A stretch of DNA of 64,000 bases from Chitinivibrionales bacterium. GTDB lineage: Bacteria; Fibrobacterota; Chitinivibrionia; Chitinivibrionales; WJKA01. Both the position numbers and the translations under genes were made by a program. The notes beneath the pieces were generated by a model, which searched no databases, had not been told where the DNA came from, and saw only the letters and a program-made list of their open reading frames with translations. Location: the NCBI GenBank assembly GCA_038247415.1, contig JBBRUX010000010.1, forward strand, positions 1-64,000, in the 5' to 3' direction. This document shows, piece by piece, positions 1-8,845 of the stretch; position 1 is the first letter of the stretch; each line of letters begins with the position of its first letter.

Positions 1-1572
1 GGTATGCATTGATGCGAGAATCTCTGGTGAAATGTTGAGCACATTCTTGATGATAGGATCGATTTTGATGAGAGGCTTGCCGTTTCGATCGGTGGCGGTT
101 TTGAGTAGATGGGGTTGATATTGGTTTTTGCCATTGCCGAGCGCTGCCATCATCACAGCCAGTTGCAAGGGCGTTGCAACTTGCGCTTGTCCGATCGCAA
201 GATCGAGTACCATACCACCGGTCCATTGCCAGCCGCGTTTTGAATATCGTTGGTTATATGCCTTTTCCCCCGACAGCCATCCGCTTGCTTCGTTGGGAAG
301 ATCTATGCCTGTCTGGGCACCCAAGCCAAGCATTGAGGCATATTTGTTGATATTTTCGTCACCCAGCATGATTCCCATTTGATAAAAATAAACGTTACAC
401 GATTGTTTGACTGCGCCAATCATGTCGAGGCGACCATGGCCCTTGGCCTGCCAGCAATGGGCAATGCGATTGCCGAAACGGTAGGCGCCGTTACATCCTA
501 CAGACATATAGGAGTGGTCATTAATTTTTCCTGTTTCCAACCCCGTAAACGATGTGATTAATTTAAATGTTGAGCCGGGAGAATAGGTTCCCGATACTAC
601 CCTATTGTTAAGTGGCCGTGAGGAGTCCATAGCTGCGGCAGCATAGCTTTTGTTGCGCAAGGAAGGTGCCAACGAAAAAATATTTGGATCGATTGAAGGG
701 CTACTGTAAAGCACGAGAATTTCGCCGGTACGCGGGTCGAGCATGATAACTCCCCCTTTGAGCGTATCAGGAAAAGATTTGCAGGCAACCATTTGGAGGT
801 CCGCATCCAAAGACAGATGAAGATCAAGGCCCGGCGTGGGGAGTTGTCGGGGCATATTGGATATTGCACCCATGTTTCTTCCATGGGCGTTGACCTCAAT
901 AAATTCCTGACCATTTTTTCCACGCAAAATGTCTTCGTACTGACGTTCTATACCCGATTTTCCTATACGATCGCCATAGCCATAACCTTTTAATTTATGC
1001 TCCTCGAAATCTTCTTCGGGGATTCCTCCCATATAGCCAAGCACATGGAATGCTCCTTTACCAAGAGGATATTCGCGCCGGGATTCGGTTTCTACGGCAA
1101 TACCAGGGAGCTCCAGGGAATGCTCTTCGATAATGGAAACGATATCCATGGCAATGTCTTCTTTGATAACAGTAGGATCGAATCGTCGAAACGTCGCAAC
1201 ATGCAGGCGTGTGATAAGATCGAGTGAGTCGAAGAGAGGAAATCCATCGATGTCGCGAATTTTAAGCAGATTTTCGATTGTATGCTTTCGTTTTTTAAGT
1301 TTGTAAGGTAGCACACACAAAGAATATGAGGGCCGATTGCGGACGAGAGGTTTCCCGTTTCTATCCAGAATGGTACCTCGCGGAGCTTTAATTGTATGGA
1401 GTTGCATTCCATTTTCGTTTGAGAGCTTGATATTTGTTTCTGCATCGATGATTTGGAGCCAGATTAAACGCATGAGCAAGACAAAGAAGAGTCCTCCTAT
1501 ACAAACGCAAATAAGGGAGCTTTTGCGAATCCGTTCTTGCTGTTCGTCCTGGAGGTTAGATCCAATGGGCAT
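1..1572 (-). CDS. mrdA: Penicillin-binding protein 2 (3' end runs off window)
   Basis: Not in the ORF track (no stop inside the window). Manual translation from ATG 1572 gives MPIGSNLQDEQQERIRK..., a TM segment, then APRGTILDRNG, YSPGSTFK (SxxK) and SCN (SxN). Lies directly downstream of mreD. Confidence 0.93.
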   Translation of the reverse strand, partial: MPIGSNLQDEQQERIRKSSLICVCIGGLFFVLLMRLIWLQIIDAETNIKLSNENGMQLHTIKAPRGTILDRNGKPLVRNRPSYSLCVLPYKLKKRKHTIENLLKIRDIDGFPLFDSLDLITRLHVATFRRFDPTVIKEDIAMDIVSIIEEHSLELPGIAVETESRREYPLGKGAFHVLGYMGGIPEEDFEEHKLKGYGYGDRIGKSGIERQYEDILRGKNGQEFIEVNAHGRNMGAISNMPRQLPTPGLDLHLSLDADLQMVACKSFPDTLKGGVIMLDPRTGEILVLYSSPSIDPNIFSLAPSLRNKSYAAAAMDSSRPLNNRVVSGTYSPGSTFKLITSFTGLETGKINDHSYMSVGCNGAYRFGNRIAHCWQAKGHGRLDMIGAVKQSCNVYFYQMGIMLGDENINKYASMLGLGAQTGIDLPNEASGWLSGEKAYNQRYSKRGWQWTGGMVLDLAIGQAQVATPLQLAVMMAALGNGKNQYQPHLLKTATDRNGKPLIKIDPIIKNVLNISPEILASMHT

Positions 1573-1581
1573 GGAGTGTTC

Positions 1582-2076
1582 TTATCTTCGAAAGGATGGT
1601 TGGGAATAATTCATCCAGAGATAATACAATGCACCAAAAATGGCGGTGTAGAGCGCTCGTGGTATCGAACTAAAAAAGATTGTAGGCAAGAGTGACCCCA
1701 AGCCCCGATGGTTCAGAGCCGATTCGATGATATTTGAGCACGAGTCGCAAACTATAAAAGCCAGAAGTAAAATGAGCAGTTTTGATCCTGGGCCTGTACG
1801 TACTGTTTTTTCGTTAAAAAGCCCCATAATAAAACCCGTAATTGTCAAACTTAAAGCTTTCTGACCCAAAAGCGATGGGGCATAGAGATCCATGGTGAGA
1901 CCAATAATAAATCCGACATAGATGCCAAGGAGCGATCCCCGGGAAATGGCCAGCATAAACAGACCGAGCATGAGTAAGTCTGGCTTGATGCCAGCAATGG
2001 CTATGCTCGATGTCATTGTGGATTGAAGAATAAGACATGCTGCAAAAAAGAGGATCCATTTAAAGATGTCGTTCAT
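1582..2076 (-). CDS. mreD: Rod shape-determining protein MreD
   Basis: 164 aa polytopic membrane protein with IKPDL and GLTMDLY motifs, located between mreC and mrdA. Confidence 0.9.
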   Translation of the reverse strand: MNDIFKWILFFAACLILQSTMTSSIAIAGIKPDLLMLGLFMLAISRGSLLGIYVGFIIGLTMDLYAPSLLGQKALSLTITGFIMGLFNEKTVRTGPGSKLLILLLAFIVCDSCSNIIESALNHRGLGSLLPTIFFSSIPRALYTAIFGALYYLWMNYSQPSFRR

Positions 2077-2909
2077 GGTTTCTCCATTTGGAGCGAGTCC
2101 ATATCTTGATTAAGTGCGGACCATTGAGGGGATACCCGGATAACAAAAACTTCTTCGAGGTGATCAAAATTAACTGCAGTTTGAATATAAACAATTTTAA
2201 AAAGGGGATCGTTATCAATTTCGATGTGCGATACAATCCCAGCAATTAAGCCTTTTGGATAGATGCCGCCTAATCCTGAAGTAAGTACCGTGTCTCCTGA
2301 TTGAACATTGGAGTGCTCTTGACATTTAAAGAAGAAGTTTGATCCGTTGTCGGTTTCGAGAATCCCGATGGTTCGGCTGCGCTTGATCATGACACTTGTT
2401 TTGCACGAAGGATCTTTGATAAGGTGAACTCGGCTAACATGGGGAAGAACTTGAATAACTTTACCCACAAGCCCATCCTGATTAATAACGGGCATATTAA
2501 CGACAACATTATCTGCAGAACCCGCGTTAATGGCTATCGAGCGCAAAATATACGATGGGTCGCGAACCACAACTCGCGCAGGATAGAGGTCGTAGGAGAG
2601 CCTGTCACCCGCTTCGTAAAGCTTGTCCATGCGAAGGTGTGTATTGGCATCTTCTTGTGAAAGCAAAAGCTTGGTTCGCAGCATGGCAACTTCCAGCCGA
2701 AGTCGTTTGTTTTCTGCAAAGATATTACCAATATTGGAGGAGAGACTTACGGTGTATTGAACGGGATAAAACACCGAGAGCAAAAGGGCTTGTGCAATGC
2801 GTTGTTTACCACTTTGTGAATTTGACAACATAATACTGCATAAAGCGATACACAGGAAAAAAGACGATGTTGTACGATGCTTTAAAATGAAATGAAGTAT
2901 CCAATGCAT
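2073..2909 (-). CDS. mreC: Rod shape-determining protein MreC
   Basis: N-terminal TM, coiled coil (ENKRLR), GLVGKV and GDTVLTSGLGGIYPKG motifs. Confidence 0.95.
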   Translation of the reverse strand: MHWILHFILKHRTTSSFFLCIALCSIMLSNSQSGKQRIAQALLLSVFYPVQYTVSLSSNIGNIFAENKRLRLEVAMLRTKLLLSQEDANTHLRMDKLYEAGDRLSYDLYPARVVVRDPSYILRSIAINAGSADNVVVNMPVINQDGLVGKVIQVLPHVSRVHLIKDPSCKTSVMIKRSRTIGILETDNGSNFFFKCQEHSNVQSGDTVLTSGLGGIYPKGLIAGIVSHIEIDNDPLFKIVYIQTAVNFDHLEEVFVIRVSPQWSALNQDMDSLQMEKP

Positions 2910-2956
2910 GTGTCGTCTTTATCCTCCCAAACAGAGATCGTAGAGCGATATATCGA

Positions 2957-3994
2957 TTAGCGGTAGCGTCGACCGCTGTGGAGAAGTACGGAACGATATT
3001 TGTCTAGGTTCTCGATGATTTTGAGCGCACCGCGTGCAACACACGTAAGCGGCTCATCGATAACGTTAACAGGAAGATTGGTTTCTTGACGTAATCGTTC
3101 GTCGAGACCGCGCAATTGAGAACTTCCACCGGTCATGACAATTCCTTTATCAAGAATATCTGCGGAGAGTTCTGGTGGAGTTTGTTCGAGTGCTTGCTTG
3201 ACAGCTTCAACAATGGTGCTTACGGGTTCGTTAAGAGCATCGCGAATTTCGGTAGAAGTAATACGAAGGGTTTTTGGTATTCCCGCAACCAGATCTCGTC
3301 CTTTAACTTCCATCTCGAGTTCGTCTTCGAGCGGGAATGCAGATCCAATCTGGATTTTAATTTGTTCTGCAGTACTTTCGCCAATCAGCAAGTTATAAGT
3401 CTTTTTAAGATACGATACAATCGCTTCGTCCATTTCATCGCCGCCAATACGAACCGACATATCGCATACCATTCCAGAAAGCGCAATAACAGCAATTTCT
3501 GCAGTACCGCCCCCAATATCGATCACCATATTGCCAGAGGGTTCTCCAACCGGTATATCCATGCCAACTGCAGAGGCCATTGGTTCTGCCACAAGGTAAA
3601 CTTCGCGAACGCCTGCACTCTCTGCCGAATCTACTACAGCGCGTTTTTCTACCTCGGTAATACCAGAAGGAACTCCGATAACAGCGCGCGGCCGAAAAAA
3701 TGTGGGATATTTTTTATATACTTTTTTTATGAAAAATTTGAGCATATGCTCGACTAAGTCAAAATCTGCGATAACACCATCTTTCATGGGTCTAATTGCA
3801 ACGATATCTCCAGGTGTTCTTCCAAGCATCTTTTTTGCTTCGAGACCTATTGCAACAACTTTTTTTGATTCTTTGTCTAAGGCTACTACAGAAGGTTCGT
3901 CTATCAGGAGTCCGCGCTTGCTTACATATACGAGGGTGTTTGCTGTTCCGAGATCGATACCGAGGTCATTTGAAAAGAAACGGGAGAAATTCAT
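2957..3994 (-). CDS. mreB: Actin-like rod shape-determining protein MreB
   Basis: DLGIDLGTANT, GITEVEKRAV, DIGGGT and TPPELSADI motifs. Confidence 0.98.
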   Translation of the reverse strand: MNFSRFFSNDLGIDLGTANTLVYVSKRGLLIDEPSVVALDKESKKVVAIGLEAKKMLGRTPGDIVAIRPMKDGVIADFDLVEHMLKFFIKKVYKKYPTFFRPRAVIGVPSGITEVEKRAVVDSAESAGVREVYLVAEPMASAVGMDIPVGEPSGNMVIDIGGGTAEIAVIALSGMVCDMSVRIGGDEMDEAIVSYLKKTYNLLIGESTAEQIKIQIGSAFPLEDELEMEVKGRDLVAGIPKTLRITSTEIRDALNEPVSTIVEAVKQALEQTPPELSADILDKGIVMTGGSSQLRGLDERLRQETNLPVNVIDEPLTCVARGALKIIENLDKYRSVLLHSGRRYR

Positions 3995-4250
3995 ATTATA
4001 AATCCTTGCGGGAAAATCTAATTTGTTGAAAAATCACACCATACTCTGCAGGGGTGTGAATCATTCTGAGGAATATTACTGTATCCTCGTTTAATTCAGA
4101 AATATACAATTCAATTCGTTAAAATAAAAGGATATTCCGCAGGTAACTGTTTTTGTGTTCTGCCGACGTCGGTCGAGTAACCTGGTTCTTTCGCGGTGGT
4201 GCTAGGGATAAAGGCCTCTTATCCCTTAAAAAATGTTGATTGAAAGGATA

Positions 4251-5570
4251 TTATGGAGCTACCTCTTTGAGTGGTCTTGCTAAAACGGAATCGGCTGGCG
4301 AGGAGATGACTGGAGCCTTGAGAGAATCGCTTGGAGTTTGAAGTAGGGGAGTCGCTAGGGGTGTATTTATTGAATTGTTATTGACAGAAGATTGTTGCAA
4401 CGAGTCTGATTGGTGTGGCGCAGCGCTATCGAGCGGTGCTGTATTATTGACTTTAGGAGTTGACAAAAAAGCGCTATCGGGAAGTGTTGGTGTGTTTGCA
4501 ATGGGGCTGTTTGCAGCTGGCTGGTTCGCTTGCAGACTAGCAGGTACAGTTGTTTGCGAAGTTGCTGCATTGAGATCCGATTGGGGTGGCGGGATTTTCT
4601 TATTGACTTTTGGAGAATAGCTCACGCCCATTCTTATTTCGTACTCTATAGACGAAACAAGATGAAAGAGAGAGAGAGAGGCATCGAGCGACAGTGGCGT
4701 GCTTTTTAGCCCAACACCCATGGAAACAATGTCGGTTTCTGTAAAAAACCGTTTGCCAATACGTACTGCGCAGTAGGGCAGTGGCCAAAATTCGATCCCC
4801 ACAGGAAGCGTAATCCTGTTGAAATCGTAGTGCGCCGAATCGGGCTTGATAAAACGGGCAATTGCATCTGCAGTAATACCAAAACCCATACCAGAGATAG
4901 TATCTGTGTAGGCGACGCTCAGCGCTGCAATGGCCGGAAGGGTGGACATGAGGCCCCAATCGAAATGAGCTGTCGCATAATTGGTTGATGTGCCAATATT
5001 GCGAACAGAAAGAGCTGTGTAAAGGCGCCCTGGGATTGCTGCATAGGTAAGCCCTCCATTGAGAGTAACTGCATAGCGACTATTTGCTGCAATTTTATCG
5101 ATTATGCCGGTTGCGCTTAAGCCCAAAGATGTGCGTCCGTTTGTGAATCCTGTAGTAAGAATCATTTGAGAGAATCGTTGACTGTTTTGAATGTCTGGAT
5201 ACATTCCGTTAAGATCGGAAGAGATAATATTTCCAATAGAAACGGTATTGAAATTCAACCCTACAACATACTTTTTAAAAGCAAGCCCACAGCTTACCGA
5301 TCCGTTTTTTAGTTCTGCTTCTTCAGGAAATCGACGAGCATATTCTCCCCTGAGAAACGATTCGTGGCTTGCTGCAAAGGATGCTGGATTAAGCTCGAGG
5401 AATTCAGGGCCTGGTAGGGCACTTCCGCCACCACCCAGAGCAACGCTTCTGGTACCATGAGGAAGTTCTAAAAGGCCAAAATCAACAGATCCTGCCAGCG
5501 AGTCGATGGTTTCTGCCTGCGCCATGCCTAAAAACACAGTTACAAGCACAAGGGATGTTAGCTGTTTCAT
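4251..5570 (-). CDS. PorV/PorQ-family (FadL-like) outer-membrane beta-barrel with Pro/Ser/Thr-rich C-terminal tail
   Basis: Signal peptide; LELPHGTRSVALGGG...LNPASFA resembles the GARxxAMG...NPAGLA N-terminal motif; amphipathic beta strands; ~120 aa low-complexity tail. Confidence 0.65.
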   Translation of the reverse strand: MKQLTSLVLVTVFLGMAQAETIDSLAGSVDFGLLELPHGTRSVALGGGGSALPGPEFLELNPASFAASHESFLRGEYARRFPEEAELKNGSVSCGLAFKKYVVGLNFNTVSIGNIISSDLNGMYPDIQNSQRFSQMILTTGFTNGRTSLGLSATGIIDKIAANSRYAVTLNGGLTYAAIPGRLYTALSVRNIGTSTNYATAHFDWGLMSTLPAIAALSVAYTDTISGMGFGITADAIARFIKPDSAHYDFNRITLPVGIEFWPLPYCAVRIGKRFFTETDIVSMGVGLKSTPLSLDASLSLFHLVSSIEYEIRMGVSYSPKVNKKIPPPQSDLNAATSQTTVPASLQANQPAANSPIANTPTLPDSAFLSTPKVNNTAPLDSAAPHQSDSLQQSSVNNNSINTPLATPLLQTPSDSLKAPVISSPADSVLARPLKEVAP

Positions 5571-5581
5571 AAAATCCTCTT

Positions 5582-6646
5582 TTAAAAAGAATATACACAG
5601 TCAAGTTGTTGATTAATTCCAGCGCCAACCTTGTCGGTGGCGATTCCATAGTTAAGCATAAGGCCTTTGAGGATACGAGCAGCATCGAGCTCGATTCCAG
5701 CGCTTACCGATAGGGTGAAATTGTCCCGGTAGCTGCTTGCGTTCTGGAATATATCTGAATCCAAAGAGAGGTCTCCAATACCCCCACGCAGAGCAACTTC
5801 TTTCCACCCTCGCCATTCAAAGCCATTAGATATCACAAGGGTAGATCGTTCAAGTTTTTTAAAAGCGTTATCTATTGCGGTAATGCGAAAATCGCACGTC
5901 CAGATACATGGTTTGGCAAGAAGGGTTAATCCAGAGCTGCTAGCAAGAATGAACGTGGGCGGTATGTTGTCGGCAACCGCCGAACCCAATTCTCCATCAG
6001 AAAATTGCCACTCTCCCGATGCGCCTAAATGCTGCACCATAACTGCAAAAGCTACATGCTGATTAACCTGAAGTCGAGCAGCAAGATCCAATGCTCCTAT
6101 TGCAAAGAGCTCCTCGCTTGTGGTTGTGCCATTATCTAAAAAATAAGCAGGAAGCGATTGATAGCGTATGCCCAGACTGGCTCCCAGCGAGAGTGTTCTT
6201 TGCGCAAGATAGCTAAGCCCTAATCGAGAGTCGATTACGGTGTGAGATGGTCGATTTGTAACTTGAGATTCATCCGATTTGTAAATATTTTCCATGCGGG
6301 GATCACCGCGGTATAAGAATCCAAATCCAACGCCGAGTCGTGGAGGAAGTCGCCATTCCCCGCTTCCATGTGCATCTGCCCGGCCACTTGAATATGCGCC
6401 GCCACCCACTGCTATAAGAGGAATTTTACGCAGCGACAAGAGCGCAGGATTGAGAAAAACACTATTATACGACGGTGAAGCAGTAATCGCATTGCCCAGC
6501 GCAAGTGCTTGCGCGCCCATAGGCATGCGTAGTGACGCACCGGCATACCCACCAAGGTATGAGGATGCAAAGGTGTGGGTAAAGATGCATGCACACAGAA
6601 GCGCTTTTGTAATCAGGCGCCTATTTTGCAATAATGATTTTTCCAA
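5582..6646 (-). CDS. PorV/PorQ-family outer-membrane beta-barrel
   Basis: GGYAGASLRMPMGAQALALGNA...FLNPALL motif; C-terminal YSF (BAM-type signal). Confidence 0.65.
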   Translation of the reverse strand: MEKSLLQNRRLITKALLCACIFTHTFASSYLGGYAGASLRMPMGAQALALGNAITASPSYNSVFLNPALLSLRKIPLIAVGGGAYSSGRADAHGSGEWRLPPRLGVGFGFLYRGDPRMENIYKSDESQVTNRPSHTVIDSRLGLSYLAQRTLSLGASLGIRYQSLPAYFLDNGTTTSEELFAIGALDLAARLQVNQHVAFAVMVQHLGASGEWQFSDGELGSAVADNIPPTFILASSSGLTLLAKPCIWTCDFRITAIDNAFKKLERSTLVISNGFEWRGWKEVALRGGIGDLSLDSDIFQNASSYRDNFTLSVSAGIELDAARILKGLMLNYGIATDKVGAGINQQLDCVYSF

Positions 6647-8160
6647 AAGACGATTCTCCGGTGCTTGCAGTTATATGAAAAGTATACACTCCTGGGACGC
6701 AGCGTCTCCCCGAGTTTGATGTCCCATCCCAGAAATCTTCGCGTTCGATATTCGAGCGTCCAGAACCAGATTGTGCGCCATTTCCAGCGAGTCGCGGTCG
6801 ATCTTTGATAATTGTTTTAACTGCATCCATATTCCAGTCAAAAATTTTGATCGTTACCTTTGCAGGTTTTTCTAGCGAATAGGCAAACAATCCTTTAGGT
6901 TCACGAACGCTTAAAATGGAGGGGAAAAAATATGCTTTGCGTAAACCAAGTGCGATGGGTAAAGATCTAAATGCACGGATGAATGGTGTTTGTAATGCTT
7001 CCGCTTTTCGTTCGTTGCGAGAAAAATAGAGGCCTTTGCTTGTTGCAAGAATAAATGCGCAGGTTGTATCCTTTGGTGAACAACTATAAATCATGTCGTT
7101 GATAGTTGGTAAATCGATAGACTGGTCTGCAGCCGCAATACGAGCACCAAAAATACCTTCATTGATAAGCGGTGATTGGATGTCCGAAAGGTTGAATGCA
7201 ATAATACCGCGAGGGCCAGAAAGGTATGCCGTATCACCAGTGCCAAAAACAAGGTTTTTAGGATGCCCACTCTGAACAGCGAGCCACTTTTTTAAGCTCG
7301 TATTGTATCGGTACAATGAATCTGATGTAGTTGTGTCGGTTGTGGTATGCACCGAGAACGCTCCAAAAATGGTTGCGCTATCGCGAACGTAAATGCTGCG
7401 CACCGCTCCAATACGAAGTGCGGGCGAACCGAGGGTTGTATCTAAGAGTTTCCAGCCAGTATCCGACGGAGTAAATTGCCAAATTACGCGGGAAAGGGAA
7501 ATGTAAATATGCGTTGACGGATCGCGGATTGGCACGGCTATACTTGTAACTGCCAAATCTGGGTCGAAGAAAAGCCGTGTCGAATCGAACGGAAACTCTG
7601 TGATGGGAAATGTGCCATTGCTTTTTTTGCCCGGCAAAAAAATGGTGCCGGTGCCTTGCAAATCCGATTCGAGCCGAAATAATCCACCGTTTCCGCATGC
7701 GATAAATGTTTGGCCATTCCATCGTGCTGCATCAATTGCGAGAAATGAGAATTCATTTTTGAGAGAATCGGGAAGAGTGTCGCGGATGCGGGAAATACCT
7801 GCGGCGTCAAACTTTGGAATTGTTACAACATCAGATCCCGTAGCATAGCTGTAAGTCCAGATCGGATTGAGGACATTTTCGGCAAGTGTGCTTTGACAGA
7901 CAACTGCTTTGCCTTGTCCAAATGCGAGTGCTGCGGCCCCATCCCACGAAAAAGCAGACGATTTGATTCCCCAAAAGGATAATGTGTCTGAGGTTAAGGA
8001 TGTTCGGTTGATGCCTTTATCGGTAACCATCCAGAGTGTATCGCCTTTACTGGCAAGACGAATAATAGTATTGCTCGTAATTCCTTTAATGGTATCGCTG
8101 GTTGCCGCAAACGGTTGGGCAACAAGGATCGCACACACAAACAATGTAACAATCGGAATG
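6621..8160 (-). CDS. Exported beta-propeller protein with C-terminal FlgD-Ig / T9SS CTD-like domain (PorZ-like architecture); start uncertain
   Basis: Propeller-blade motifs (GDTLWMVTDKGI, FILATSKGL) and C-terminal VTIKIFDWN...WDGTSNSGRRCVPGVYTFHI...GKIIIAK. The ORF extends to 8285 but that overlaps lolA, so the true start is probably near 8130-8170. Confidence 0.65.
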
Positions 8161-8166
8161 CGATTA

Positions 8167-8829
8167 TTATCTTTTGTCGATGACCGTTGCAGTTTTGGGA
8201 AATGCAAAAGCAAAGGTTCCTTCCGGCAGAGAAGATGAAAAGAGGGTTTTTGAAAATGAGTATGTTGTGCGATTGTTTCGATCATCGGTAGTAGCGATAG
8301 AAACGAGCATAAGCGTTTTAGGATTTATGCCAATGGTGACAGTACGCATGTGCATTTTTGCTGATACCGAGTCGGGGATAGCCTCGTAGTACTGCACCTC
8401 TTTTTTGAATGCCCCTTGTACATAGGACAATTCGTGGAGGTATTGTTGTATAAGCGCAGAGGGTTTGAATATTTGAGACGATGAAGTACTATTTTCGATT
8501 GTTCCTTGCTGCGATTTTGTATTGAAGCTGGTTACCACATTCGCATGCGATGCATACACCCACGAACCATACACGACGCGGTAACTATCGCCACACAGGG
8601 CTAACGTACCCGAGTAGGTATCTTGTTTTTCGCGCACTGCATCGTAGTACATTACAACAAAAGAAGATTGTAGGCATCCTTGTCCCTGATAATTTGAATG
8701 AACGAGTTTGTCAAGGACAATCGGTGCAGCCAAAGCCTGTGAGGCAAAAAAACACAAGAGCCCCATGAGTAAACCCAAAGCGCATAGGTTATTGGCGGAT
8801 CGATTCTTAAAAAAGTTTAAATACTTCAT
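8167..8829 (-). CDS. lolA: Outer-membrane lipoprotein carrier LolA-like protein
   Basis: Signal peptide, ~200 aa, C-terminal TTYSFS...FAFAFPKTATVIDKR typical of LolA; canonical position downstream of ftsK. Confidence 0.75.
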   Translation of the reverse strand: MKYLNFFKNRSANNLCALGLLMGLLCFFASQALAAPIVLDKLVHSNYQGQGCLQSSFVVMYYDAVREKQDTYSGTLALCGDSYRVVYGSWVYASHANVVTSFNTKSQQGTIENSTSSSQIFKPSALIQQYLHELSYVQGAFKKEVQYYEAIPDSVSAKMHMRTVTIGINPKTLMLVSIATTDDRNNRTTYSFSKTLFSSSLPEGTFAFAFPKTATVIDKR

Positions 8830-8845
8830 AATACCCTTAATAATA

